Shown here piece by piece: positions 12,191 to 24,856 of a DNA stretch of 64,000 bases. The stretch's first letter is position 1; every line of letters starts with the position of its first letter. The DNA comes from Gracilinanus agilis (Eukaryota): the NCBI RefSeq assembly GCF_016433145.1, contig NC_058131.1:140753378-140817377 (forward strand). Direction: 5' to 3'. The notes under the pieces were generated by a model. That model did no database searches and was not told the origin of the DNA. It worked only from the letters and a program-made list of their open reading frames with translations. The translations under genes and the position numbers were made by a program.

Positions 12191-12764
12191 AACTTCAGTT
12201 TCTAGTCCCTATGCCAGCTTACATTCTTTTTAGAACTTTCACCACCAGATTTATCACTTGGGTTTGCCTCTGAAAGGGAGGTTCAGATTTTAAAAGATAA
12301 TATAAATTCATTGGAATATAAATTCATTGACTTCAAATAGCACTTAGCCTGATCGTAATGGCAACATTAAAGTAATTATGTTGTACTAATATATGACAGA
12401 GTTGTATTCATAAACATATTGGGCAATATCCACTCGTAATGTTTCCTCTTTTTCTTTGCCAAGCTTCTTTAAAGTCATGTTGTTAAAGATACCATTAAAC
12501 TTTAGGTGGCTGCAAACTTTTTCATTTGCCCATTTAATTTATATATATATATTTTTTTCCTAAACCAAGAGCACATGTCTCTTCATAAAGGAGATTAAAG
12601 AGAAGCAGTGACTAACAGCTTTTGCTGCTGCTCTGAAGGAAGGTTGAAGCAGGTCAAGAGTTTAGGTAATAGAGTCAGGACTCTGATTTAAAACCTGGAT
12701 TCACCATACATAGTAGATTGCCTTTAGGTAGACTATTGTATTTGTTGCTGTTGGTGTCTTTTAT

Positions 12765-13140
12765 CCTGTTTCTTTTGGATCATATTTAGAGCTGAATGGG
12801 ATCTGATAGGCCATCTACCCACTTCATTTTACAGATGAAGAAACTGAGGTCTGAAGATTAAATGGCTGGTCCAAAGAGTAAATGGCAGAAGCAGAATTTG
12901 ACTGGATATTCTTTGTGTTTCATAAATGCTTGTTGATTGTTGTCTGACGCCCATTCTGACTCATGATATTTCCTTCATTCTCTAAATCATCGCAGCAACT
13001 CTGTGAAGTAAATAGTGCAAGTGTTATTAGGCCCCTGCACAGCTGAAGAAGCTAAGGCGCTATGAGAGTGACACCTACCCCCAAGGCCACACATCTAATA
13101 AATAGTAGCATCAAGGCTCTTGATTCCAAGCCTAGTATTC
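12765..13140 (-). mobile_element. Adjacent MIR3 and MIR fragments
   Basis: gatcatatttagagctgaatgg...cattttacagatgaagaaactgagg; caactctgtgaagta...aaggccacacatctaa. Confidence 0.7.
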
Positions 13141-13247
13141 AGCCTGAGTTACCTCGGAGATTAGTGCACTGATTTCTCTCCTGTGGAGCTCTATCAGTAC
13201 ATCATCTCAATATACCCCAAACATGAGAGAGATCAAGGTCTAATAGA

Positions 13248-13490
13248 GCAAGTGTATTCTGGAGCCACCTCACCCTCGTGAGAGCCTGTTGTTAAATTTT
13301 TCCTGTGAGCATTCACAACTTGAAAATCTGCAAATGCTACAAATTAGGGCTTGATTTATTGTTTGATTGATTGTCTGGACTTAAGAAAGTGATAGAGAAG
13401 ATGCTAACAATGCAGGTAAACTTTAAATTGAGTCATGAATGCATTTTTTCCTTTAGAGAGCTGCTTATTAGATATTAAAATTGCATCTTT
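13248..13490 (+). mobile_element. hAT-Tip100 Arthur1/MER69-like non-autonomous DNA transposon
   Basis: gtgtattctggagccacctc...gagagcctgttgttaaatttt...gctacaaattagggcttgatttattg...gacttaagaaagtgatagagaa matches the Arthur1 consensus as I recall it; both ends are degenerate. Confidence 0.8.
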
Positions 13491-13897
13491 GGACACAAGG
13501 TGCCAACCCATTTGGAAGAATGGTTGAAAATGATATGTTTGAAATCTGTCCTCCTGAGGAGAAATAGGAGATGCTGGTATGTCTGGCAAAAAGTCTTCAT
13601 CTTGTATTTCTCTTCTTTTTTCACTTTGGGGTGCAAGTTAAAGTTCTAATTTTGCTTGAAAGGTTTTCACTTGTAAAGGACAGAGATATTCCCTAATCTT
13701 AACTAATATTTTCACGTTCTCTTTCAGAGTATTAGAGCCAGGGGAGAGAAAAATATTTTTCATAGCCCTCTACAGAGAAAGATTTACTTGTTGAGTCAAT
13801 TTGTTGAGTCAATTTGTTGAGCATAGTATTTTGAGTCAATTTTAGAGCTTAGTATTTTGATGGAAAGCACAGGTTGCATTTCATAGTCACTAAGTTT

Positions 13898-15990
13898 CAG
13901 AATGGGAGAGTTGGAAAGGACCTCAGTCACCACCTAGTTTGACCCATGCACAAAATTAATCACCACTCTAACATATCCCAAAGTGATTGCCCAATCTCTG
14001 CTTAAAGACCTTCCAAGAGGGGAAACCCACTGCTTCTCAAGGCAATCTATTATATTTTGGAGCAGCTCCGATTGTTATGAAATTTTCTCTGATAATGAAA
14101 CTAAATTTATCACTTTGCTATTTCACTCATTGCTCTTGGTTTGGCCCAAACAAGCCTAATCTCTCATCTGCATGAGAGACCTTCAGATACTTGAAGATAG
14201 CTATTGCCCTCAATTCTTCTTTTCTTCAGGCTAATTCTGCCCTTTTCCATCAACTCTTCCTCATATATCATGAACTTAAGACCCATCACCATCTTGCTTA
14301 ATCCTCCTGTGTACACTTTCCAGTTTATCAATATTCTTCTTAAACCACAGTGCCCAGAATTCACTACTGGGTAACATGATACTCAGAAGTCCAGATAAAG
14401 TCTGATCAGAGCAAAATATAGTAGGGCTATCACTTCCCTATTCCTGAAAACTCTACTCCTTTTAATGTAATCATTTTGGCTTTTTTGGCAGTCAACACTA
14501 AAAAAAGTTTACTTTCATTCACTAAACCCCCTCCCCTAATTTTTTTTAAGAACACTCACTCTCTCTGCCCTGTCATACTTATAAAGTTGGCTTTTAAAAA
14601 ACTTAAATACAAGACTTTACATTTTATCTCTGTAGAGTTTCATCTTATTAGGTTCATCCCAATGCTCTAGTTTGTTAGGATTCTTTGGGATCCTAACTTT
14701 CTTCTATCACATATTGCTTATCTGCAAATGCGATGAGCCTACTGTCTATGCTTTTATCCAAGTTATTGATAAATACTTTGAGAAGTACCGAGTCAAGCAC
14801 AAATCCACTAGGAACCATCTGCCATATTGACATTGAGTCATTTAATAACTTTGCCCTTTAAGCCCAGTCATTCAACCAAATATGAATCCATCATCTCATT
14901 CATTTGTCTCCATATTTTCCTCAGGAACAGCATGAGATACTTCACCAAAAACTTTGCCGAAATCCATGTTAACCATATCCATAGCATCGTCCTCATCTGC
15001 TAATTTAGTAATCATGTCAACAAAGGAAATGAGGCTAGTCTCGCATGATCTGTTCTTGATGAAGCCGTGCTAGCTCTTTTGTAATCAACATTTCCTTTTC
15101 TAGATGTTTGCCAGTCATCTCTTTAATGAGATGTCCTAGAAATTTAGAAATGAAGTAAAGTTTACTGTTTTTTAGTTTTCTAACTCTGTTCTCTTTTCTT
15201 TTTTAAAACTTGGGACAACACTAGGCCTTCTCTAATTTGCAAAATCTTTCAAATATCACTGACAGTCACATTTTTCAGTTCTTTTAGGACACAAAGATAT
15301 TTGGGTCAGGTGACTTGAATTTATCAAAGGCAGGGAAGAATACTATATCTCTTTACCTTGGGAATTAACTCCCAGTTAATTATTTATGTTCTTTCATTTC
15401 ATGCTATTTCTGTTTTATTGAATAAGAAAAGAAACAGTGAAAACAGAAATGAACTAAGAATTTTAGTAGTTCTTTTTTCTTTCTGTTGTCAGCTATCATT
15501 GTCCCATTCATCCCAATTTAAGATTCTATTCCTTCTTTTTTTTTTTTTAAACCCTTACCTTACAATACTGTGTATTGGCTCCAAGGCAGAAGAGTGGTAA
15601 GGGTAGATAATGGGGGTCAAGTGACTTGCCCAGGGTCACACAGCTGGGAAGTTTCTGAGGTCATATTTGAACCTAGGAACTCCTGTCTCTAGGCCTGGCT
15701 CTCAATCCACTGAGCTATCCAGCTGCCCCGCTATTCCTTCTTGAATCCCCTGCTTTCTCTTTACACAGTTAAGAGGAAGAAGAATAGAAAAGTTTTTGTT
15801 TTCTTTAGCTTTCCTAATGAGAATTACCTCATTCTGAGCTTTACTATTCCTTACACTATTTTTGGAAATTTTGCCACACCCTTACATTTATTCTCTTTTA
15901 TCTGACCTTGCTTCTGTCTTCTGTAAATTTCTTTTTAAAATCTGATTTAGTAAGTTCCTTTTGCATCCACATTAATAGCTGGTAAGTGCT
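13898..15990 (-). mobile_element. L3/CR1 LINE, about 2 kb (3' UTR through RT), interrupted by SINE1
   Basis: gagagttggaaaggacctcag...ccttcagatacttgaagatagc...gatctgttcttgatgaagcc (RT region, antisense). Confidence 0.9.
15538..15730 (-). mobile_element. SINE1_Mdo-type SINE
   Basis: Reverse-complement SINE1 ending ...ccactgagctatccagctgcccc; TSD ctattccttctt at 15526-15537 and 15731-15742. Confidence 0.97.
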
Positions 15991-16074
15991 CTCACCAAAT
16001 TGTAGATGATTCTGAAACACTTTAAACCCCTATTTCTACCCTTAGTTTCAGATCCACATTTTTAATTGTTTATC

Positions 16075-16520
16075 AGAAAGGAATGAATTTTAAAAGCTCT
16101 ATGTGCCAGATATTGTACTAAGCCTTAGGGATTCAAATATAAAATAATATTGTTCCTGCCTTTAAGAAGCTTACATTCTAATTAAGAAGAGAACACATAT
16201 ATGAAAATGATGATCAGAGAAGGGCATGTCTAGTGAGTCATTAGTTGAGCCCTATGGCAGTTGATTGGCATATTTTTTTTCCAGAAAAGATAGTAGTAGA
16301 GTGTTATTTCATTTGGTTACTAAGTCTATGCCAAAAGATGTGTGAAGTAGAAGGGCATATGTTAGTTTTTTTTTTATATATATATATGTTAGGTGTTTTG
16401 AAGAGGATGACTGGATGAGATAGGAAACACGGTCTAGTCTGGTGGTTTGGGGGTTGACAATATCAAGTATCCAAATAGTCACTCACTAATCAAGACAGCT
16501 TGGCTTAGGGTGGTTATATC
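16075..16520 (-). mobile_element. L2-tailed element with a non-L2-like body
   Basis: L2 tail (tatgtgccagatattgtactaagcc...cctgcctttaagaagcttacattcta) followed by an unassigned body. Confidence 0.5.
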
Positions 16521-17175
16521 ATAGCTCTGAGGATTAATTCTCTCAAGAACTGGGAATTTTGACTCATCATTTCTAAACCAAACTCATAAGCAATCAAACA
16601 TTAGTTATTAAAAACCTACTATGTGCCAGGCACTGTGCTAAATACTGCAGATACAAAGAGAGGCAAAAGACAGTCCCTGCCCCAAAGAAGCTCACAGTCT
16701 AAATCTAAATCTTTCCCTACAAAGCCTGCTTCCTGTCTTGACATTTATTTCTATTAGTAGTGTCTCTCTTTTCCCAGTCAGATAGACTTGAAACTTTGGA
16801 GTCATCTTTGATTCCTAATCCTACTTTTCCCACTGTTTCCAATCAATTACAAAGTTCTGAATGTAGGACTCTTCTCAGACTACTATAGTCATTTTACCTC
16901 TCATTAACCATCACCTTCCCATCAGTAACTTGAACTCTATCACTTGGTCCCTTGGCTCTGATAGTTTAACTTTTTTGTTTATCTTCCTGGGACCCAGGCT
17001 TCTTTGCCACTTCCTACCCAAACCATGTCATGTTATGTGCTCCTATTCATTTTCTATCTTCCCTTTATGCTCTATCTTTATCAATTAGAATGTAAGATTC
17101 TTAGGGACGGGGTTTGTATGCCTTATTTGTATTAGTATCCCCAGAACTTAGTATGTATTATGAACTACTTGTAAC

Positions 17176-17375
17176 GAGCAGATAAGTGTCTCAGTAGGTT
17201 GAGGGCCAGGCCCAGAGACAGAAGGTCCTGGGTTCAAATTTGGTCTCTAACACTTCCTGACTATGCCTTCCTGGGCAAGTCACTTAAGGTCCATTGCCTA
17301 GCACTTACTGCTCTTCTGCCTTGGAACTAATGCACAGTATTTATTCTAAAACAGAAGGTAAGGGTTAAAAAGAAA
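17176..17375 (+). mobile_element. Older SINE1_Mdo-type SINE inserted in an L2 tail (about 17040-17440)
   Basis: gtctcagtaggttgagggccaggcccagagacagaaggtcctgggttcaaat...gaaggtaagggttaaaaa. Confidence 0.9.
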
Positions 17376-17599
17376 GAGAATAACTTGTATTAGGTACTAG
17401 TATTGTGCCCAGTACATAAATAAGCATAGCAAGTGCTTAACAAATTATATATATATATATATGTTTTTAGTGCAAGAAGCTTTACTTCATTTTTGAGTAT
17501 TTTTAAAAAACTGGTGACCAACGATATGCCTTTTAGTAGTAGCAATAGATATTTCTTAAACTGGATTGAATTGTTAAACCACTTTACAACATAGAACTC

Positions 17600-18100
17600 C
17601 TTTTTTTTATTCCAGTGGCCACCACCCTAGTTCAGATGCTTTTTCCATCTTTTTTGGACCATACTGCAGTAAACTTCCTGTAACTAGTCTCTCGAGTCCA
17701 GTCTTTTCTCATTCCAGTCCATTTTGAGAAGTGCTACCACATTATTTTTCTTAATGGATAGCTCTAATCATATCATTCTACTGTTCAAAAAAACCTTTAA
17801 TAACTTCCTCTTGTTTACTGGGTGAAGTCCAAACTCCTTCAACTGGCTTTTAAGACCCTCCATCATCTGACTCAAATCTACCTTCCAGCCATTTCTCACT
17901 CTGATCTCTTTTCATGTACTCAATATTTCTAATCAAATTGAACTGCTCATCATTCCCTGAATATGACCCCACACTCTGACATCCCTGAGGCTCAGTTTGT
18001 CATTCCTTGTGCTAGGATTCACCTCCTGCAGATTCTCTAACTCTTAACATTTTATCCGTGCTTCTTGTTCCTCTTTAGAGGTCATCTGTGCTATCAGTCT
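17600..18100 (+). mobile_element. L2 fragment
   Basis: gccaccaccctagttcagatgc...gaagtccaaactccttcaactggc... Confidence 0.75.
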
Positions 18101-18139
18101 TCTCTGGCACCATCTCTCCATTCGTAGTGACCACTCCTT

Positions 18140-18500
18140 CCTCCCAAAATGACCAGTCACTCACTCAACAAGCATTTATCAACTCTGTGCTAAGCCAGAT
18201 ATGCAGTGACAAAAGTGAAAGTCTTTGTCTTCAAGTAACTTACATTTTAATGAGGGAAACAACATGTATTGTGTGTGTGTGTATAGAGTATGTGTCTGTA
18301 TATATACACATACATATATACACATGGATACTGTATAGTATATACAGATATACAAATGTATATAATATACATTGTACATATAATATGGAGTTAATACAAA
18401 ATGAGTACAAGGTAGTTTTGAGTGAGAGTACACTAGCACTGGCTGCTTTGGTGATCAGGAAAGGCTTCTTGTAGAAGGCAGAGTTTGAGCTGAGTAATCT
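18140..18500 (-). mobile_element. L2 3' fragment containing a (TG)/(TA) tract
   Basis: caagcatttatcaactctgtgctaagcc...gatcaggaaaggcttcttgtagaagg. Confidence 0.8.
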
Positions 18501-18504
18501 TAAT

Positions 18505-18745
18505 GGGCATCTAGGTGGTAAAATGGAGAGAGTACTGGTCCTGGAGTCAATCTTCCAGAGTTAATATCTGATCTCAGATATTTACTAGTTGCATTCTCCT
18601 GGGCAAGTCACTTAATCCTGTTTGTCTCAGTTTCCTCATCTCTAAAATGAGTTGGAGAAGGAAATAACAAACCATTCCGGTATCTTTACCAAGAAAACAA
18701 CAAATGAGGTCACAAAGTGTTGGACAATAACGATAATCTTAAAAT
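18505..18745 (+). mobile_element. MAR1 SINE (CORE plus RTE-like tail)
   Basis: ctcagtttcctcatctctaaaatgagttggagaaggaaataacaaaccattccggtatctttaccaagaaaac. Confidence 0.88.
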
Positions 18746-18749
18746 ATTC

Positions 18750-19090
18750 CAGCAAGTCAGTTAGTTATCATTTATTATATGTCAGACAGTTTGGTAGATG
18801 CCTGGGTATGCCAGTACAAAAAAGAAAAAACATTCCTTCCCTCAAGGAGCTTACAGTTTAGAGTGAGAAAGACAACATAGAAATGGAAGCTAAAAAGGGG
18901 TGGGAGGAAGCCAATTGGTGGGGGAGTAGTATGATGAAGAGATCTCAAGACCTCTTGGTCTTGGGTTGGGTGGGAACTGAAGAGTTGAGCTTACTAGCCT
19001 GGCTGTCCTACATAAATGGAAGTTTGAGGAGGAGTTTTCTGCCCTATTTAGATGGGTGCCTGGGCAAGGGTACTGATGAGGTATGAATCC
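18750..19090 (-). mobile_element. L2-tailed element with an unassigned body
   Basis: ccttccctcaaggagcttacagttta tail followed by a purine-rich body. Confidence 0.5.
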
Positions 19091-20249
19091 CAAAGCTAAT
19101 TTATCTTGCAAGAAAATGAGGTTCATTAGGCATGATGTAGACATTTAATAAATATTTATTGACTACTTGCAGAAGTCATGTAACACTGTGGAAAGTAAGT
19201 TTGAAACCCATCTAGTACACTTTGTGGGAGGGGCTAACCCCCCATTCGCTCAGTCACCCATGATGATGTTAGTATCATCTATGGTATGTGAGGTGATATA
19301 CAAAAAACATACCAAAGACACATTCTTAGCCTCAAGAAGATTATGTTCATCTGCATCTCACCTTCAGTACTCTACGCCACCCCCCCAACACACATCCTTC
19401 CTTTACTCCCATGTACATCTTCTCTTTCTTTCTTTACTCTTTACAAGATCTGGGGAAGGAATTATTTCTTCTTATGTGGATGAAAGTCTTCTGAGATAGC
19501 AGAGATGAACAGGGGATTCACAGGCAGGAAAAAAGTGTTAATTATATAGGAGAAAGTGTGATCACAACAACTGGAGTTCTTCAGAGAAAATCTTGTTTTA
19601 AAAAAACCCAGAAAGAACAAGTCTTTCCAAAATTACCACGTCTGAGTCTATTTCAGCGCTACACAAGACTAATAATGAAAGCAGAGTCTATAAGTAATGG
19701 CCTATTAATCCCTTTCACAGTAGCTGTGGAGTGTTTTTGAAATTCCAAACCCATATTAAAGAGGGGAAAAAAGCCCCCAAACACATGAAAACGGAGCAGG
19801 GGGAGGTGGATTTTTCTTAAGAGTACATTGAATTTTTAGCCACATGTTTCAAGTGACTAGAAATCCTACTGTCAGAATCTCAAATAAACAAGAGAATGTA
19901 TCCCAAAGGTAGGCTTGTGAAATCATCCACATTAATGATATGAGAAAAAAATGCAGTATGTACAATGCAGCTGGTGGGAAGTCTGAAAGAAAGAGCTTCC
20001 TGACTATGAATTCTGAAGTGCTGATTGTCACTCAGAATATTTTTTCTGAGTATTTATTAGAATGGAATTGGGTCCATTGGATAAAACTATAAGAAAGTTC
20101 TGTCTAAGCCAATGGGCTTTTTAACTTCCCGGGGCTAGCTTCGTAGGGACCCACCTTCATGGTAGAATCACAGAATCTGAGTTGAAAGGAACCACGGAAA
20201 TCATTCAATCCAACCCATACCTCAACAAGAATCCCTTATACAACACTGT

Positions 20250-20810
20250 CACCCAGTATTTATTAAATTCCTACTATGTGCAAAATATTGCAATAAGTGC
20301 TGGGGATAAAAAAAAATTAGGCAAAAAGTCTCTACCCTCAAGGAGCTTACAGTCTAATGGGATAGATGATAAAGAAACAACTATGCACAAACAAGATAGG
20401 TATAGGATAATTTTTTTTTAGGATTAATAGGATAAATAGGATAAATAAAATAGGATAAATTGAGGGTTTCAGATGGAAACTAGTAAGATAAAAGAGAATT
20501 AGAAAGCCTTTTTTTTGCATAAAGTGGGATTCAGGTGAGACTTGATACAAAACAGGGAAGTTCTATGGTAGGGAAGGGGAGGGAGAGTGTTCCAGCCATG
20601 TGGGGAACCACAGAACTTGCCTGGTGTCAAAAGATGGAGTATCTCATTTTGGGACCAGTAAGGAGGCCAGTGCCCTGGATTCTAGAGTGTGTGGAGGGAA
20701 GTAATGTGTAAGAAAAAATGTCAGAAGGAGCCAGGTTATAATAAAGGTATCTAATCGAGGGGAACTCAGTATCTCTGGATGCAATTGATTACATTTTTGA
20801 ATAGTTCTAA
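20250..20810 (-). mobile_element. L2 3' fragment
   Basis: gtatttattaaattcctactatgtgcaaaa...ccctcaaggagcttacagtctaatggg...ggaggccagtgccctgga. Confidence 0.85.
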
Positions 20811-20818
20811 TTGTTAAG

Positions 20819-20981
20819 NNNNNNNNNNNNNNNNNNNNNNNNNNNNNNNNNNNNNNNNNNNNNNNNNNNNNNNNNNNNNNNNNNNNNNNNNNNNNNNNNN
20901 NNNNNNNNNNNNNNNNNNNNNNNNNNNNNNNNNNNNNNNNNNNNNNNNNNNNNNNNNNNNNNNNNNNNNNNNNNNNNNNNN
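20819..20981. other. Assembly gap (N run)
   Basis: 163 N. Confidence 1.
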
Positions 20982-20989
20982 TAGCCATT

Positions 20990-21330
20990 GGTACTCATTT
21001 TTGCCTTAATATTTATGGAGTTTCCTTCATGTCAAACTTCCATTTGCCTTTTTGCAACTTCTTCCCATTGCTTCTTGTTTTGCCTTCCCAGGCCAAGCAT
21101 GCTTCTTTCATGTGACAACCCTTCAAATGACTGAAGATGTTCAGCACATGTGCTCTTTTCCACCCACCACCCAGGTCTTCATCATGCTAAAATTACCAAA
21201 TTTTTTCAATAAATATTCATATGGAATGATATTGAGGCTTTTCATCATCCTGGCTGTCCGCTTCTGGACATCCCACAGATGATCAGTGACTTTCCCAAAA
21301 TGTGCAATGCAGAACTGCACATAGTACTTT
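20990..21330 (-). mobile_element. L3/CR1 fragment
   Basis: cccttcaaatgactgaagatg...catcatcctggctgtccgcttctggaca...gcagaactgcaca. Confidence 0.8.
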
Positions 21331-21577
21331 GTACATGTCTGCCCAAGCAGTATAACTACAAGGCATGGCCAGTGCCATTTCTCACATGCAGAACCATCTG
21401 TCAATGGAACATTACAGAATTCTGGCCCCTCCTTAAGTAGCTTGGTGGTCTCCTTCTCTTGGGGGTTCATCACTTTGGTACAGATACCTGATTGGCTTAG
21501 TCCACTACAACTTAGAAGAGATCCACAAACCTCAGACTCCCTAGTAGCAGGACTCAGTTTATGACATCATGCCCAGC
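21330..21577 (-). pseudogene. RN7SL: Degenerate 7SL (SRP) RNA retrocopy or 7SL-derived SINE
   Basis: Aligns by eye to reverse-complement 7SL: cccctccttaagtagcttggtggtctcc (7SL: cccctccttaggcaacctggtggtcccc), acctgattggcttagtccactaca (acccgatcggcatagcgcactaca), cctcagactccctagtagc...catgcccagc (5' end). Confidence 0.85.
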
Positions 21578-22019
21578 TAACCAGGATTGATTTCAAAGCA
21601 ATCTGGGAACTGCAAGAGCTACAGCTTAGATACAACTTGTCTTCTGATCCCAAATCCAATGCCTTTTTCACTGTAGGCCTATGCTTCTCTCAATCACCAT
21701 GGCCATTCAAAATCATCTTGCATGAGTACCTAAACCTCTGGCTCAATTCAAGAATAAATCTAAAAGCACTTTTCAAACTATGTTCCTAGTAAGGCTGGTA
21801 TGGAAATAATACATGTTTGAAAAGAATCCTAGGAATCTGGAATTATGGATAACACAAAGTAAAGTGACTTTTAAAAATATTTTATGCAAACAAGAGCTCA
21901 GCAATGTGAAGTTAGTCTTCCTCTGGCCTGATTTGGCATTTAAAGACTTTAACAACCTGGCCCCTTCCTAGTTTTCCAGTCTTTTTATATCTTACTTCTC
22001 AGTATTGCCTCTGAAAAAT

Positions 22020-23735
22020 GTGAGACCATTGGGCATGAGCTCTCTGTTTTCTCTCCTCTTCCTCAACTCGTATCACTTAGATATCTTCTGCCATTATTTT
22101 CTCCTTCACATACCCTTCCACCTGCACAAATGATTCATTCTATTCCATCTTCCCATGTAGATTGCCCCTTTCGCATCCTCAAGCTATCCCCTTTAATCTC
22201 TTAGTCTGTCATTTTCTCTATTGCCTACCTACATACCTATATCCCCTCCTTCCTCAGAAAACCCCTCATTTGATCCTTCCATTTCTACTACATTTATCAG
22301 CTGTCTTTGGTGGCCAAACTCCTTGGAAGGATGGATGATCTACAATAGGTACCTCCTCTTTTTCTCCCCTCCCTCACTTCTTCACTCTTGATAATCTGGC
22401 TTTAATTGCCAAATCCAGTGCTCTTTTCTCAATCCTCATTCCTCTTGACTTTTTTATATCTTTTAACTACAGATCACCCTCTTCTCCTTGATGTTCTCTT
22501 CTCTCAAAGTTTTTGGAACACTACTCTCTCCTGTTTCTTCTCTTTCACAACAGATTGTTCTTTCTTAGCCCTCTTTGCTGGATTCTTATCCGTGTCATGC
22601 CCTATAAGAAGTAGGTTGTCCCACTGGGTTCTGTCCTGGGCTCTTTTCTCTTTTGTCTCTAATACTACTTCTTATCAGAGCTCATGGATTTAACAAGCAT
22701 TTTGAAGATGATTCTCAAATCTAATGTTTTATTAACCTCTATGCTGAATTCCAATCTTACATCTTCACTGTCTTTCAGACATCTCAAACTGGATGCTCAG
22801 TAGATATGCTAAACTCAACATGTCTAAAACTGAATTTATCTTTCTCCTTTCATAATTTCCCTATTATTATTGAAGGCAACATTAGCCTCCAAGTCCCTCA
22901 GACTCACAACCTAAATGCCATTCTCCCCTTCTCACTATATCTCACACCGCATAACCAATCTATTGTCAAAACCCATCGATTTCACCTTTGTAGCATCTCT
23001 TAAATATGAAGAATAAAATCTTCTCCCCTCTGACAGTGCTACCACCTTGGCGCCCTCATCAACTGACACTTGGACATGTCTAATGAGCTACTTTTAGATC
23101 TGCTTGCCTCAAGTTATCTCCCCCCACTCCAATCCATTCTGTACTCAGCTGCCAAAATTATTTTCCTAAAGCTCAGGTCCTCTTAGTCTTAGTCTCTTAA
23201 TCATTCAACTCCAGTGGCTTCCTATCACCTGCAATAAAAAATTTAAAAATCCCCATTTGGCGTTCAAAGACCAACCGAAGCTAGCCCACTCTTTCCATTC
23301 CAGGCTTCTTACACCTTATTCTCTACCACATACCATTCAGTCCTGGTAATACTGGTCTCTTTGGTGTCCCTCCAAACAAAACTCTTCATCTGACTCTAAA
23401 CAATTTTGCTAGCTGTCCTCCAGGCCTGGAATACTCTCCCTCCTCTTCTCAGCCTTCTGGCTTAGCTGGTTTCCTTCTAGTTCTAGCCAGCAAAAGATTC
23501 TTTTTAGCAGAAGGTTTTCTCATTCCCCCTTAATGCTAGTGCCTTCCTTCTTGATTCTTTCCAATTTTTCCCTATCTTGTTTCACATAGTTTTTGCATAC
23601 TGCCTCCCTCATTAGACTGTGCATTCCTTGACAGAAGGAATTTTTTTTGCCTTTCTTTGTATTTGCTCCCCTTACCTCAGTGCTTGGCACAGAGCATTCC
23701 CTTCAGAAATACTTTGTTGATTGGCTGAATGACAC
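22020..23735 (+). mobile_element. L2 LINE, about 1.7 kb 3' portion
   Basis: Pyrimidine-rich ORF2 remnant (ctcaaactggatgctcagtagat..., ctcaacatgtctaaaactgaa) ending gttgattggctgaatga. Confidence 0.9.
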
Positions 23736-23854
23736 AAGCACTAAGGAGACATAAGCTACCCTCTATGGTGGCTGGGAGCTGTTACTATATTCTTTCTCAG
23801 CATTGTTTTAGCAAATCATAGGACTTTAAGGAGCCACTTCTTGCTTCCTAGTCA

Positions 23855-24095
23855 CTAGGTAGCTGGGTGGTTCAATGGATAGAATATTGGGCTTGGAGTC
23901 AGAAAGACCTGAGTTCAAATCTGAATTCCAGAACTTATTAGCTATTTGATCCTGGGCAAGTGACTTAACTTCTGTTTGCCTCAGTTCCTTCAGTAGAAAA
24001 ATGAAGATGATAGCTCCTACTCTTATGAGGATCAGATGAGATATTTATAAAGCACTTAGAACAGTGCCTGGAATATAGCAGGCACTATATAAATT
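23855..24095 (+). mobile_element. MIR/MAR SINE
   Basis: ggtagctgggtggttcaatggatagaatattgggcttggagtcagaaagacctgagttcaaat... Confidence 0.88.
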
Positions 24096-24289
24096 GCATC
24101 TCTTCAGGGTTTCTTAGATTCCTAATGAGTATTCCTTTCCTTCCTTGTTGGTCTATTCACTTGACCAGCCTTGGGGATCAACAGCCCTTGCTGCTGCTAT
24201 ATGTATACAAATGGTTTTAAACAGAGGAGATTCAGCATAAGGTGGTGAAGACCCAAAATCTGAGATTAGGAAAGGACCTGGAGGAGGGA

Positions 24290-24575
24290 GCAAGGGAATA
24301 GTCTGTTATTAAGTGCCTACTATGTGCCAGACACTGTGCTAATAAATACTTTAAAATATCTCAATTGATCCTCATCCTTTAAAATATCTCAATGGAACAA
24401 CCTTGTAAGATACATATTATTAATATTCCCATTTATCAGAAGAGAAAATAGAGGAAGATGGCAGATAAATGCTTTGCCTACGGTCATATGGCTAGTTAGT
24501 GTCTGAGGCCATATTTGAACTGATGTCTTCCTGACTCCAAGTCCAGTTTTCTAACCACTGTACTACCTAGCTGCC
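24290..24575 (-). mobile_element. MIR/MAR SINE with an internal 16-bp duplication (tttaaaatatctcaat)
   Basis: gtgcctactatgtgccagacactgtgcta...catatttgaactgatgtcttcctgactcc. Confidence 0.85.
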
Positions 24576-24856
24576 TTTACAAATTGGCTCAAAAAATCCT
24601 TTAGAACCTAGAAGTGTTCTAGGCTAGTGTTCAAACAGGAATCCTCTTTAAAGCATGTCTGACAGATGCTTACTTAGTAGGTAGCCTACTTCTTCATTTA
24701 AAAGCATTGGTTTTGGAGGAAGCAACATGGTCAAGTGACTAAAGGGCCCTCCTCAGAGGTAGGACAACCTGGGTTCAGTTTCTACCTCTAACACAATACT
24801 GCTGACTTTGGGACTCTGGCTTGTTCTCAACCTTTTATTGTTCCCGGCAACTTTCT

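Noticed and set aside
13404-13589. 61-aa minus ORF preceded by a plausible acceptor
   Set aside because: Partly within the Arthur1-like transposon; no usable donor; peptide not recognised.
18088-18474. 128-aa plus ORF and 86-aa minus ORF
   Set aside because: L2 remnant plus a (TG)/(TA) low-complexity tract.
19850-19985. Minus-strand acceptor followed by a hydrophobic, transmembrane-like frame
   Set aside because: T-rich DNA yields hydrophobic peptides by default; no good donor and no recognised homology.
20395-20460. Short tandem array of ATAGGATAA-like units
   Set aside because: Simple slippage within an L2; no unique spacers, so not CRISPR-like.
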